A stretch of DNA of 64,000 nucleotides, taken from assembly GCA_964035575.1 (NCBI GenBank), contig OZ037843.1, forward strand, positions 1,426,001-1,490,000, read 5' to 3'. Below, piece by piece: positions 32,852 to 43,710 of the stretch. Position 1 is the stretch's first letter. Each line of letters begins with the position of its first letter. The position numbers were made by a program, and so were the translations under genes. Below the pieces are notes generated by a model. That model made no database searches. It had not been told where the DNA came from and saw nothing but the letters and a program-made list of their open reading frames with translations. This stretch comes from Rhynchopus sp. YZ270_cl-10. Lineage: Eukaryota.

Positions 32852-33020
32852 AAAATTACGTATTAAATGAAAATCAGGCAGATTTTCACTTGTGGGTGAC
32901 TTTTTCACTCGTTTCTATTACTCCACTCGCTTCGCTCGTGAAGTAAACCTCACTCGTGAAAAAGTCACCCACGCGTGAAAATCAAGCGATCTGATTTTCA
33001 TTTAATAAATAGTCATTTTT
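32852..33020. mobile_element. Palindromic element with CTCGCTTCGCTCG core (copy E1)
   Basis: Long hairpin with ends AAAATTACGTATT and AATAAATAGTCATTTT; same architecture as E2 and E3. Confidence 0.7.
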
Positions 33021-33707
33021 TTTGGGGTTCGTTCTTTCCTCTCGAAGCGAGGCCTGAGTGACGGGCTTCAGAGTTCATTCCGAACAGATTTTTTTGAAGT
33101 TAACAAGGTACACTGTTCACGAGAGTGCTTTTTTTTTTTTGTGAAAAAGAAAACCGACGCAGGAGTCTTTTATTGTAAACTGTTTTCTCCGCCAACACAC
33201 AAAAACACTTGGCAGAAAACACTTTGGTGCTGTGCAGTTTTGAAGTAAGGAAAGAAAATCGTATTTCAAAGTCAAACCTTCTTTTCACATAGCTGAGGTG
33301 ACTTGGACGAAAGGGCTTCACCATGTGTGTTTTTTTTTTTTTTTTTTTTTTTTTGCGTTTTAAATTGCACTTCCAACTTCCCTTTTTTTCTCGATTATGA
33401 TACACACATGTGTGCGTATGATGTGGGTACATGGTTGTCCGATAATAATATCAGCATATGCATGTGTTCAACCCTTGCACCCTTAATTTGTTCTTCTTTT
33501 TACCGGTTTCCCCTTGGCGTATCTTTGGATAGTTTCGACTAAACAGACAGAAACAAATTATCGCGTAAAAAAGGTCGAACTTCCATAAAAATCCTGAGGT
33601 CGAACATTGTTACGGCCGACAATTTGTACGAATACTGTAATTGTCGATTTTGCTTGCGCAACAAACAGGCCAGGAGCGTCCCATCCCGCGTTCACTATTA
33701 CCGTTTA

Positions 33708-34038
33708 CAGTAGGACAAGAAACTTGGCGACCAAAAAAATTGTCGACCAAAATAATATTGGAGGATTTTGGGGATTTTCTTGCAATTGTGGTGTGGCTGA
33801 AAGGGGGGTGCTATCAAAGTGCTATGAAGGGTGTGGCTTAAGGAGGGGGTGTTATTTTGTGCTATTTTCTGCCATTTTTGGGGTCGGCCACACCAATAAA
33901 GTGCTATTTTGGGGGTCTGAGTTTTTTTTTAACCGCAAAGTGCCATAACCTCCAAATGTGCGATAAAGTGCTATTTTGGGGTCGTCAGCCACACCAAATT
34001 GGCAACTTTTTTGGTCGCCAATTTACTTGTCCTATCTG
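33708..34038. mobile_element. Tc1/mariner-type MITE (shorter relative at ~46771-46866)
   Basis: TA|CAGTAGGACAAG..TTGGCGACCAAAAAA ... TTTTTTGGTCGCCAA..CTTGTCCTATCTG|TA. Confidence 0.7.
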
Positions 34039-34576
34039 TAAGTCTCCAGGGGGGTGCCTTTGTGATAGAGCTAAAAGCCTACTAATGTGTGGAATGTCTA
34101 TAATATATTATGGAATGCCCCCTACCTTTCTTCATAGTGCCTGATTGATAACAGATTAAAATTTCTCAATTGATTTTATTTTCAAATAACGTCCCCTTGA
34201 GTGAGGCTAGGGCTGGTCCACTGAAGGGGCTTTTTTGTCCAAACCACTTTTTTTTTGTAAAAAAATAAACTGCTAAAAAACACACTTTTTGACCACAACT
34301 TCGCACGGTTTTGCCTTTTTTGGGTGATTTTTTCCATCATTCCGTTAGGACCTGATGCAGGCAACATTTGAGAAGAACCTTGTGAACATTTGAGGGTGCA
34401 GATGGGTACTCTGGCAGACCCAGTCACCACACGCAACGTCTACTTTTACATCGGGTCTCAATCTGTTCACTGCTGCGACCACCGCGTCTGCTTTCTGTGC
34501 AATGTTTCTATCAAAACACCCCAAACCTCCCCACCACAAACGAAGGCAGAAACACACCCTTACACCACAGTGCACA

Positions 34577-36294
34577 ATGGGCTGTCTCGAGCGTGCACTG
34601 TCGCTTGACGGGACACTGGACACGCAAAGCAGCACATACGAAAGCTGTACTTTATGTTCAGCTGCCTATCGTTTGCAGCGTCCTCTCTGTTCTTCTTGGC
34701 TCAGGCGTTGTCATACCGTCAAAGGTACGTCCTCGTGGGGGGTCAAATCATCGGTACTGTCAGCAGCTTGTGTTCTGTCCTGGCCGTTCTGTTCAAGTTC
34801 AAAGTGACGACGTACATGATCATAGCGTACGGCGGACTGTACACTCTGGTGATGCTGGGAAGTGATCTGACTACACGTTCTGAGTACATACACACCTGGC
34901 CAATGATAATACTGATTGTGGACTTTTTTCTTGTAATGCAGGTGCCCCTACGGTACAGCACAGGTGTCGTGGTGTGCACACTGGTGTATTTGGTGGTTGT
35001 TGCTGCAGAAGAAACGTGGAGGTTTGGTCTGTTCGACATGCCCGGGCTTGTGCTTCAAGAGCATCGACGTTCCTACACGGACACCCTGGGTGACTGTGAT
35101 GTGCTGCCCTGCAAGCAGAGCCGGGCTGTGAAGCAACTTCTGGCTGCAGTCGTCGTCTTCGTCCTTGACTTCCTCGCAACGCGTGGCTTTGCACGCGGTC
35201 TCCTGAAGGAGCAGGCATCAATGACGCGCACAATTGCGACAGTGCAGGACATCGCCTCGCTCCTTGCTGGCTATGATGTGGAGAAGGTGGCGGAGCTGCT
35301 GGACGAGTACGGTGGTGAGTTGCCGGAGGGGATGACAGAAGCACTGCGGAAGCTGGAGCAGAACCTGCGTATGTACAAGGCGTACCTCCCGCAGACGTGT
35401 CTGCCGTTTGATAAGGTGACGAAGGAATGTGTGGAACCTGGTGGTGAGCAGGATGGTACTGACAGTGCTGATCTAAGCACAGTCTCAGCATCAGGATCGG
35501 TCACGTCTGCTGGAGTGCGACACACCACCATACGGCTGCAGCCTCTCCTGCTCTCATCCACAAAGGCAACACTGCTGACACTGAACATCAAAGACACCCT
35601 GCACCGCCTGGAGGAGGACAGTGCACGCTTCTCCGACCTCTTCACAACTGTTCTTCTGAAGACCCTGCAGGCAACAGACAGCAGACGTGGGATGGTGGAC
35701 GTCTTTGTTGGTGACAGGATCCACTGCTCGTTCAACACGTCAAGGCAGTGTGCGTCGCACGCAACCTCAGCACTGCACGCAGCAAGCATGCTCATGAGAG
35801 CTGGCCTGGCAGCCTCTGTGAACGTGGGTGTTGCAATGGGGACAGTGCTGCGTGGTGATATGGGTTGTGATGTGATGCGTCGCTTCAGCATGGTGGGGAC
35901 ACTTGTGCGTGACGTGCATGGGATGGAACGTGCAGGACGTATGCTGGGGTGCGACGTTCTCTGCAACCGTCTTTGCTTCAGCGACGCTGAGTGCGAACAC
36001 GACCTGCGTCTGCTTCCGTGCAAGGTGGAGGTTGCTCGAGACTGTGAGGCACAGGTTGTGGCTGAGCTGGTTTCGAAGGAAGAAGAAACCTTAACTGCAG
36101 CAGACGAATGGATGTACCAGATAGGTGGGAAGAAACATTGGGAGGACTACAACATAGTGGTGCGTGGGTACCTGCGTGGTGAGAGCCGTGACACGGACGT
36201 TGCGAAGGCGTGGGTGGAGGCGGGTGGGAGTGGCACACCAGCACACGCAGTTCCTTCTGGGACGTGCAGTGTTGTGTGTTCCTATCTGCGATGA
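34577..36294 (+). pseudogene. Family B ~6-TM receptor pseudo-cyclase (B1) with a 1-nt deletion near 34632; open frame from ATG 34654
   Basis: Paralogs read AAAGCAGACACATACG while B1 reads AAAGCAGCACATACG. The downstream 546-aa ORF is intact. Confidence 0.75.
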
Positions 36295-36789
36295 TTTTTG
36301 TTGCTATCAGTTCCTCCCCATATCCACAGCACACCGCGTTTTTTTTCCGGATCGGCATTCATTATTTTTCCCCCTACCTCTGAAATTGACACGTGTCGAG
36401 GCAACAAAGTTATAAAAGGTTCCTTTGCCTTATCTTGCATCTGATAAGGTCTGGTCGTTGTCGGTACAGGTAGTGTTTGCTGCAGGTTGGGCAGTTCTGC
36501 ACAATGCTCCGCGAGAACGCAGTCAGCCTTTCCCATACCACACGTCCTCGAAGCATCATGTCAGGAGCTGCTGCAGGCAACATTTGAGAAGAACCTTGTG
36601 AACATTTGAGGGTGCAGATGGGTACTCTGGCAGACCCAGTCACCACACGCAACGTCTACTTTTACATCGGGTCTCAATCTGTTCACTGCTGCGACTGCGT
36701 CTGCCTTCTGTGCAATGTTTCTATCAAAACACCCCAAACCTCCCCACCACAAAGAAAGGCAGAAACACACCCTTACACCACAGTGCACA

Positions 36790-38490
36790 ATGGGCTGTCT
36801 CGAGCGTGCACTGTCGCTTGACGGGACACTGGACACGCAAAGCAGACACATACGAAAGCTGTACTTTATGTTCAGCTGCCTATCGCTTGCAGCGTCCTGC
36901 GTCTTCTTCCTGTCTCAATCGTTGACATACCGTGACAGGTACATCATCGTGGGAGGTCTACTCCTCGCTGCTGTCGGAAGCTTGTCTTCTGTGCTGCTCG
37001 TGCTATTCAAGTTCAAAGTGACGACGTACATGGTCATAGCGTACGGCGGACTGTACACTCTTGTGATGTTGGGAAGCGATCTGACTACACGCGCTGAGTA
37101 CATGCACACCTGGCCAATGATAATACTGATCGTGGACTTTTTTCTTGTAATGCAGGTGCCCACACGGTACAGCACAGGTGTCGTGGTGTGCACACTGGTG
37201 TATTTGGTGGTTGTTGCTGCAGAAGAAACGTGGAGGTTTGGTCTGCTCGACATGCCTGGGCTTGTGCTTCAAGAGCATCGACGTTCCTACACGGACACCC
37301 TGGGTGACTGTGATGTGCTGCCCTGCAAGCAGAGCCGGGCTGTGAAGCAACTTCTGGCTGCAGTCGTCGTCTTCGTCCTTGACTTCCTCGCAACGCGTGG
37401 CTTTGCACGCGGTCTCCTGAAGGAGCAGGCATCAATGACGCGCACAATTGCGACAGTGCAGGACATCGCCTCGCTCCTTGCTGGCTATGATGTGGAGAAG
37501 GTGGCGGAGCTGCTGGACGAGTACGGTGGTGAGTTGCCGGAGGGGATGACAGCGGCACTGCGGAAGTTGGAGCAGAACCTGCGTATGTACAAGGCTTACC
37601 TCCCGCAGACGTGTCTGCCGTTTGGGTGTGCGGAACCTGGTAGTGAGCAGGATGGTACTGACAGTGACGATTTAAGCACAGTCTCAGCATCAGGGTCGGT
37701 CACGTCTGCTGGAGTGCGACGCACTTCCATACGGCTGCAGCCTCTCCTGCTCTCATCCACAAAGACAACACTGCTGACACTGAACATCAAAGACACCCTG
37801 CACCGCCTGGAGGAGGACAGTGCACGCTTCTCCGACCTCTTCACAGCTGTTCTTCTGAAGACCCTGCAGGTAACGGACAGCAGACGTGGGATGGTGGACG
37901 TCTTTGTTGGTGACAGGATCCACTGCTCGTTCAACACGTCAAGGCAGTGTGCGTCGCACGCAACCTCAGCACTGCACGCAGCAAGCATGCTCATGAAAGC
38001 TGGCGTGGCAGCCTCTGTGAACGTGGGTGTTGCGACTGGGAAGGTGCTGCGTGGTGACATGGGTTGTGATGTGATGCGCCGCTTCAGCATGGTGGGGACA
38101 CTTGTGCGTGACGTGCACGGGATGGAACGTGCAGGACGTATGCTGGGGTGCGACGTTCTCTGCAACCGTCTTTGCTTCAGCGATACTGAGTGTGAACACG
38201 ACTTGCGTCTGCTTCCGTGCAAGGTGGAGGTTGCCTCTGGCTGTGAGGCACAACCTGTGGCTGAGCTGGTTTCGAAGGAACCGAACAACTCAACAGCAGA
38301 CGAATGGATGTACCAGATCGGCGGGAAGAAGCATTGGGAGGACTACAACATAGTGGTGCGTGGGTACCTGCGTGGTGAGAGCCGTGACACAGACGTTGCG
38401 AAGGCGTGGGTGGAGGCGGGTGGGAGTGGCACACCAGCACACGCAGTTCCTTCCGGGACGTGCAGTGTTGTGTGTTCCTATCTGCGATGA
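36790..38490 (+). CDS. Family B receptor (B2): ~6 TM helices, helical linker, degenerate class III cyclase domain; 566 aa
   Basis: Six hydrophobic segments; NLRMYKAYLPQ linker; GMVDVFVGDRIHCSFN; NVGVATGKVLRGDMG; DEWMYQI. Confidence 0.88.
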   Translation: MGCLERALSLDGTLDTQSRHIRKLYFMFSCLSLAASCVFFLSQSLTYRDRYIIVGGLLLAAVGSLSSVLLVLFKFKVTTYMVIAYGGLYTLVMLGSDLTTRAEYMHTWPMIILIVDFFLVMQVPTRYSTGVVVCTLVYLVVVAAEETWRFGLLDMPGLVLQEHRRSYTDTLGDCDVLPCKQSRAVKQLLAAVVVFVLDFLATRGFARGLLKEQASMTRTIATVQDIASLLAGYDVEKVAELLDEYGGELPEGMTAALRKLEQNLRMYKAYLPQTCLPFGCAEPGSEQDGTDSDDLSTVSASGSVTSAGVRRTSIRLQPLLLSSTKTTLLTLNIKDTLHRLEEDSARFSDLFTAVLLKTLQVTDSRRGMVDVFVGDRIHCSFNTSRQCASHATSALHAASMLMKAGVAASVNVGVATGKVLRGDMGCDVMRRFSMVGTLVRDVHGMERAGRMLGCDVLCNRLCFSDTECEHDLRLLPCKVEVASGCEAQPVAELVSKEPNNSTADEWMYQIGGKKHWEDYNIVVRGYLRGESRDTDVAKAWVEAGGSGTPAHAVPSGTCSVVCSYLR

Positions 38491-38554
38491 TTTTTGTTGC
38501 TATCAGTTGCTCCCCATATCCACAGCACACCGCGTTTTTCCGATTGCAATTACA

Positions 38555-38793
38555 CACTTCGTAGTCCACCTGAGTCCACCCTGAATTGAGGACTCTAGCG
38601 GACTTGAGACGGACTTTCAAAGTCTTCCATAGTCCCTCTCAGTCCGCCAAAACTCGGGCGGACTTGAGACGGACTATGGCGGACTCGGTCCGAGTCTGGG
38701 CGGACTCAGTCCAAAGTCCGCCTCAATTGCGTCTCAACTCGGGCGGGTCTTGGTGGTATTTTTTTTTGGCGGACTCAGGCGGACTGCGAAGTA
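38555..38793. mobile_element. MITE with GCGGACT internal repeats
   Basis: Imperfect TIRs CACTTCGTAGTCCACCTGAGTCCACC / GGCGGACTCAGGCGGACTGCGAAGTA. Confidence 0.6.
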
Positions 38794-38963
38794 TGACCGT
38801 TACTTGTTTTTTTTTGTACGAGTATGCAATACGTCTGGAAATGAAAGACGCGCTCGTCGATTGTCATGAGTTTTACCGTTTTCCCCTTCCCCCCTTGTGC
38901 TCCACCTCTCCACCGTACTTCAGGACGCGGGTTTTTCGGGGTTTTCGGGACTTTTGGGGTTTG

Positions 38964-38995
<32 letters not shown>

Positions 38996-39335
38996 AGGAT
39001 GGATGCGATCAACAAACAACAAACAACGAATAAACAAAGAAGGGGGGGTATTTCATTTTTAGTAAACACGTAGTATTTGACAAAATGCTCGAGACCCTCG
39101 TGAAAAGTCGCGCGTCTGCGTATCCCGCTCCCCGCTTGTTTCCCCCTCTTTTCCCCCCTGTGCTCCACGACACTTTCTGTACTTCAGGCAAACACAACCA
39201 TATCGTAAATCAAGTCGAAGAAGGAAAAAAAAAACCTCTGAAATAAGACTTTTCTGTGCAATGTTTCTATCAAAACACCCTAAACCTCCCCACCACAAAG
39301 AAAGGCAGAAACACACCCTTACACCACAGTGCACA

Positions 39336-41048
39336 ATGGGCTGTCTCGAGCGTGCACTGTCGCTTGACGGGACACTGGACACGCAAAGCAGACACATACG
39401 AAAGCTGTACTTTATGTTCAGCTGCCTATCGTTTGCAGCGTCCTCTCTGTTCTTCTTGTCTCAGGCGTTGACATACCGTGACAGGTACGTCCTCGTGGGA
39501 GGACTAATTGTCGGCGCTGTCGGCAGCTTGTGTTCTGTCCTGGCCGTTCTGTTCAAGTTCAAAGTGACGACGTACATGGTCATAGCGTGCGGCGGACTGT
39601 ACACTCTTGTGATGTTGGGAAGCGATCTGACTACACGCGCTGAGTACATACACACCTGGCCAATGATGGTACTGATCGTGGACTTTCTGCTTGTAATGCA
39701 GGTGCCCACACGGTACAGCACAGGTGTCGTGGTGTGCACACTGGTGTATTTGGTGGTTGTTGCTGCAGAAGAAACGTGGAGGTTTGGTCTGCTCGACATG
39801 CCTGGGCTTGTGCCTCAAGAGCATCGACGTTCCTACACGGACACCCTGGGTGACTGTGATGTGCTGCCCTGCAAGCAGAGCCGGGCTGTGAAGCAACTTC
39901 TGGCTGCAGTCGTCGTCTTCGTTCTTGACTTCCTCACAACGCGTGGCTTTGCACGCGGTCTCCTGAAGGAGCAGGCATCAATGACGCGCACAATTGCGGC
40001 AGTGCAGGACATCGCCTCGCTCCTTGCTGGCTACGATGTGGAGCAGGTGGCGGAGCTGCTGCAGGCTCATGAGAAAGAGCTGCCCGAGGGGATGGCGGCA
40101 GCACTGCGGAAGCTGGAACAGAACCTGCGTATGTACAAGGCGTACCTCCCGCAGACGTGTCTGCCGTTTGCTGTGGTGAAGGAGCAATGTGTGGAACCTG
40201 GTGGTGAGCAGGATGGTACTGACAGTGACGATCCAAGCACAGTCTCAGCATCAGGGTCGGTCACGTCTGCTGCAGTGCGACGCACTTCCATACGGCTGCA
40301 GCCTCTCCTGCTCTCATCCACAAAGGCAACACTGCTGACACTGAACATCAAAGACACCCTGCACCGCCTGGAGGAGGACAGTGCACGCTTCTCCGACCTC
40401 TTCACAGCTGTTCTTCTGAAGACCCTGCAGGTAACAGACAGCAGTGGGATGGTGGACGTCTTTGTTGGGGACAGGATCCACTGCTCGTTCAACACGTCAA
40501 GGCAGTGTGCGTCGCACGCAACCTCAGCACTGCACGCAGCAAGCATGCTCATGAGAGCTGGCGTGGCAGCCTCTGTGAACGTGGGTGTTGCGACTGGGAA
40601 GGTGCTGCGTGGTGACATGGGTTGTGATGTGATGCGCCGCTTCAGCATGGTGGGGACACTTGTGCGTGACGTGCACGGGATGGAACGTGCAGGACGTATG
40701 CTGGGGTGCGACGTTCTCTGCAACCGTCTTTGCTTCAGCGACGCTGAGTGTGAACACGACTTGCGTCTGCTTCCGTGCAAGGTGGAGGTTGCCTCTGGCT
40801 GTGAGGCACAACCTGTGGCTGAGCTGGTTTCGAAGGAACCGAACAACTCAACAGCAGACGAATGGATGTACCAGATCGGCGGGAAGAAGCACTGGGAGGA
40901 CTACAACATAGTGGTGCGTGGGTACCTGCGTGGTGAGTGCCGTGACACAGACGTTGCGAAGGCGTGGGTGGAGGCGGGTGGGAGTGGCACACCAGCACAC
41001 GCAGTTCCTTCCGGGACGTGCAGTGTTGTGTGTTCCTATCTGCGATGA
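39336..41048 (+). CDS. Family B receptor pseudo-cyclase (B3); 570 aa
   Basis: Third tandem paralog with the same start context (GTGCACAATGGGCTGT) and 3' flank. Confidence 0.88.
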   Translation: MGCLERALSLDGTLDTQSRHIRKLYFMFSCLSFAASSLFFLSQALTYRDRYVLVGGLIVGAVGSLCSVLAVLFKFKVTTYMVIACGGLYTLVMLGSDLTTRAEYIHTWPMMVLIVDFLLVMQVPTRYSTGVVVCTLVYLVVVAAEETWRFGLLDMPGLVPQEHRRSYTDTLGDCDVLPCKQSRAVKQLLAAVVVFVLDFLTTRGFARGLLKEQASMTRTIAAVQDIASLLAGYDVEQVAELLQAHEKELPEGMAAALRKLEQNLRMYKAYLPQTCLPFAVVKEQCVEPGGEQDGTDSDDPSTVSASGSVTSAAVRRTSIRLQPLLLSSTKATLLTLNIKDTLHRLEEDSARFSDLFTAVLLKTLQVTDSSGMVDVFVGDRIHCSFNTSRQCASHATSALHAASMLMRAGVAASVNVGVATGKVLRGDMGCDVMRRFSMVGTLVRDVHGMERAGRMLGCDVLCNRLCFSDAECEHDLRLLPCKVEVASGCEAQPVAELVSKEPNNSTADEWMYQIGGKKHWEDYNIVVRGYLRGECRDTDVAKAWVEAGGSGTPAHAVPSGTCSVVCSYLR

Positions 41049-43710
41049 TTTTTGTTGCTATCAGTTGCTCCCCATATCCACAGCACACCGCGTTTTTTTT
41101 AACCAAAAGAAAACCGACGAACATATAATTATATGTGATAATGTTGTGTGCAGTACACATGCCGTCCACATGCCAGAGTATGCAGACAACGTACCCTTAG
41201 ATTTACTACCCCTATCCCGTGATTGTCGTCTACGTTTGAACTGGAATCGAAAGAAAAGAACTATTCTCATGAAAATAAAGTGAACATTATTACACGAGGT
41301 GCTGGGCTGCCACAAACCGGAACTCAACTTCACGAACCCAAGCGAGTGGAATTACGTATCCCAGTTTGTGAATCAGCCATCCTCTGAGTTAAATGAAGTT
41401 CGCTTTAGTTTATGCTACCTTGTTTTATCTCGCGGGTAATAGCGTTGTGCTGCATTTTCAAAATTCCTCTGTTTATTTGACATATGATGCCATCCGGACC
41501 AACTGTGTGGCGGTGGTGGGGGGAAAGGGTCAATATTACAAACCCGGGATTTTGGGCCCCACCTAGAAGTGACCGGGCTCATATTTTTCAAAATTTGGGG
41601 GGGTCAATAAATTGTCCAATTTTCGAGATTGCCACCACTGGCGGATTCCAAAAAATGCACCACCGATCACCATGGATTACCACCCGACCCCAGTGTCAAT
41701 CAGGCTGTATGAAAATCGACAACAAAAACTACGAATTGCTTGTGAGAAAATATACTGTTGGAATTTTCGAAAATGCAGCCAAACATGTTTTTTTTTTCAA
41801 AGTGAGATAAATTCCTTTATTTCTGACAACGGAACTACGCTCCCGGCAACAGGAGCGCGAACACCCCCTCCCTCCCTCGCCCCCCTCGATAATCGATTTG
41901 TGGCTAATTTCATCTATTCAACTTTTCTTGTGCTTTTCATGCAGCTAGCATCGTACGTGGGTCAGTCGGAGGTGCCTGCATCAATAACTTCACTTTCTTT
42001 TCTGTTGTCATTATTGGCCGTTAAAAAAAGGCTGGGGTATAACGAGGTCGTGTGATTCGCCGAGCGGCCCACGTACCCACCCTTTGCATGAGCTCGACTG
42101 AGATGTGTTTTTAGCACATTCCAACTCTTTCTGTTCTGGTCTTATTGATCCTTATTGTGTGTCACAGTGAGACCAAGGGAGCACAGTATGTCGCGCACAT
42201 TCAGGGGTGATGAAGTGTGCCTCACGACACCTCCAATTGGCTGACTAATTACAAAGTGAACCAGGTGTGCTGTCTGGTTTCCGCCTTGCCCCGGGAGGGG
42301 TGTACAGGGACTATTCTGTATTGTCCTCGAGGGAGCGCACCAGATGCTATGGGGGGTATTACCCCTCTCTCTCTCTCTCTCTTCTCGGCTTTTTTCTTTT
42401 TTGGTCTCAAAGAGGTTTCCTCTTCACGGCCAGGTAGTCAGTGGGATCGTATTGCATAAAAATATCACCACAGAATATTTATTACACAGTTTACGAACAC
42501 AAACATCCCCCAATTGCAAAGTTTAACCCTGGCTAGGGTATATAAATACCAAGGCCAGTGGATTCCCCCACGTAGGGTATTTGCAGTCTGCAGTCTGGGC
42601 ATGAAGCGAACAATAGTCAGGGTTCGCGTTAGTATAGGGTTGATGTGGCTGCGGTCGCGCTCTCGGGTGCAACTGCGGCCTCTGATTCTCAGCTAACACT
42701 GCCCTGGACGCGTCTACAATGAAGTACCAACTTGGAACTGTTAGGGGAGGGTGTAGATTGCTAGAGGGTTTGTCGTTAGTATAGGGTTGATGTGGCTGCG
42801 GTCGCGCTCTCGGGTGCAACTGCGGATCTCTGATTCTCGGCTGTTTGCTCTGTGTGCCGTGTCAGTCCACTCCAAGCGTGAAGATGGTGAGGCCCCACTG
42901 TCGGTACAGCATGGGATGCCAAGAGAGTGTGTGGCCCCACCCACACTCCGCACCATCCGTCTGGGAGGATTTTTATGTTAATTTTGTGCTTTTTTGTTGA
43001 CACAAATCTTGGTGCGAGAAACTTTCATTTCGTGTTTTTTTTTGTCTTTTCATTTATGCTGTATGCTTCTGGCACATCCTGAAGTCCTTTCTATATTGTT
43101 TTCTCCACAAAGTCAAATGGTCAGTTGACAACGGAACGACGTGCTACGGTTGTTTCTAACTGTTCACCCTCATTTGTGTTCCTCCCTTCTCACACATCAC
43201 CATCTGGCTTTTGTTTCTCTCCCTTTTCTATTTGGCTCTTTCTTGTAAACATATCAGTTTCCAAAGAAAATAAAGAGCAATACAACAGTCCTGAGTGAGG
43301 ATGGAAGCGCACAACTAACAAGCTTTCCTGTTTCGTTTCGCGTTTTCCTGTGTGCGTGAAGATAGCTATTGACACTGTAGTATTTCTAGGTGTTTCGGGC
43401 AAACTTTCATTTGCTCTTCTCTTGAGTGTGCACAAAAAGCACTCTTTATTATTTCCCAGAGCAATTACTAGTTTTTTTCTTCTTCAATTTTTCCGCCTGA
43501 TTTTTACCCCGCGTATAGGCGCGTTAAGGCTGGGAGGCATCACTCCAATGAACGGGTTTGCGGATTTGAACAAAACGCAGACGAAATAGAGTAAAGTGGG
43601 AGAGAGAAAACCTACCCCACATACTTTTGCCTTGTCTTGCATCCTGTCTGTCCCCTCACCCCACCACACATCCCCAGACACTCTCTTCCCTTTCTGTACA
43701 CCTCAGAACA

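Noticed and set aside
42620..42695. tRNA gene
   Set aside because: Only a box A-like GTTAGTATAG; no T-loop GTTC motif or cloverleaf.
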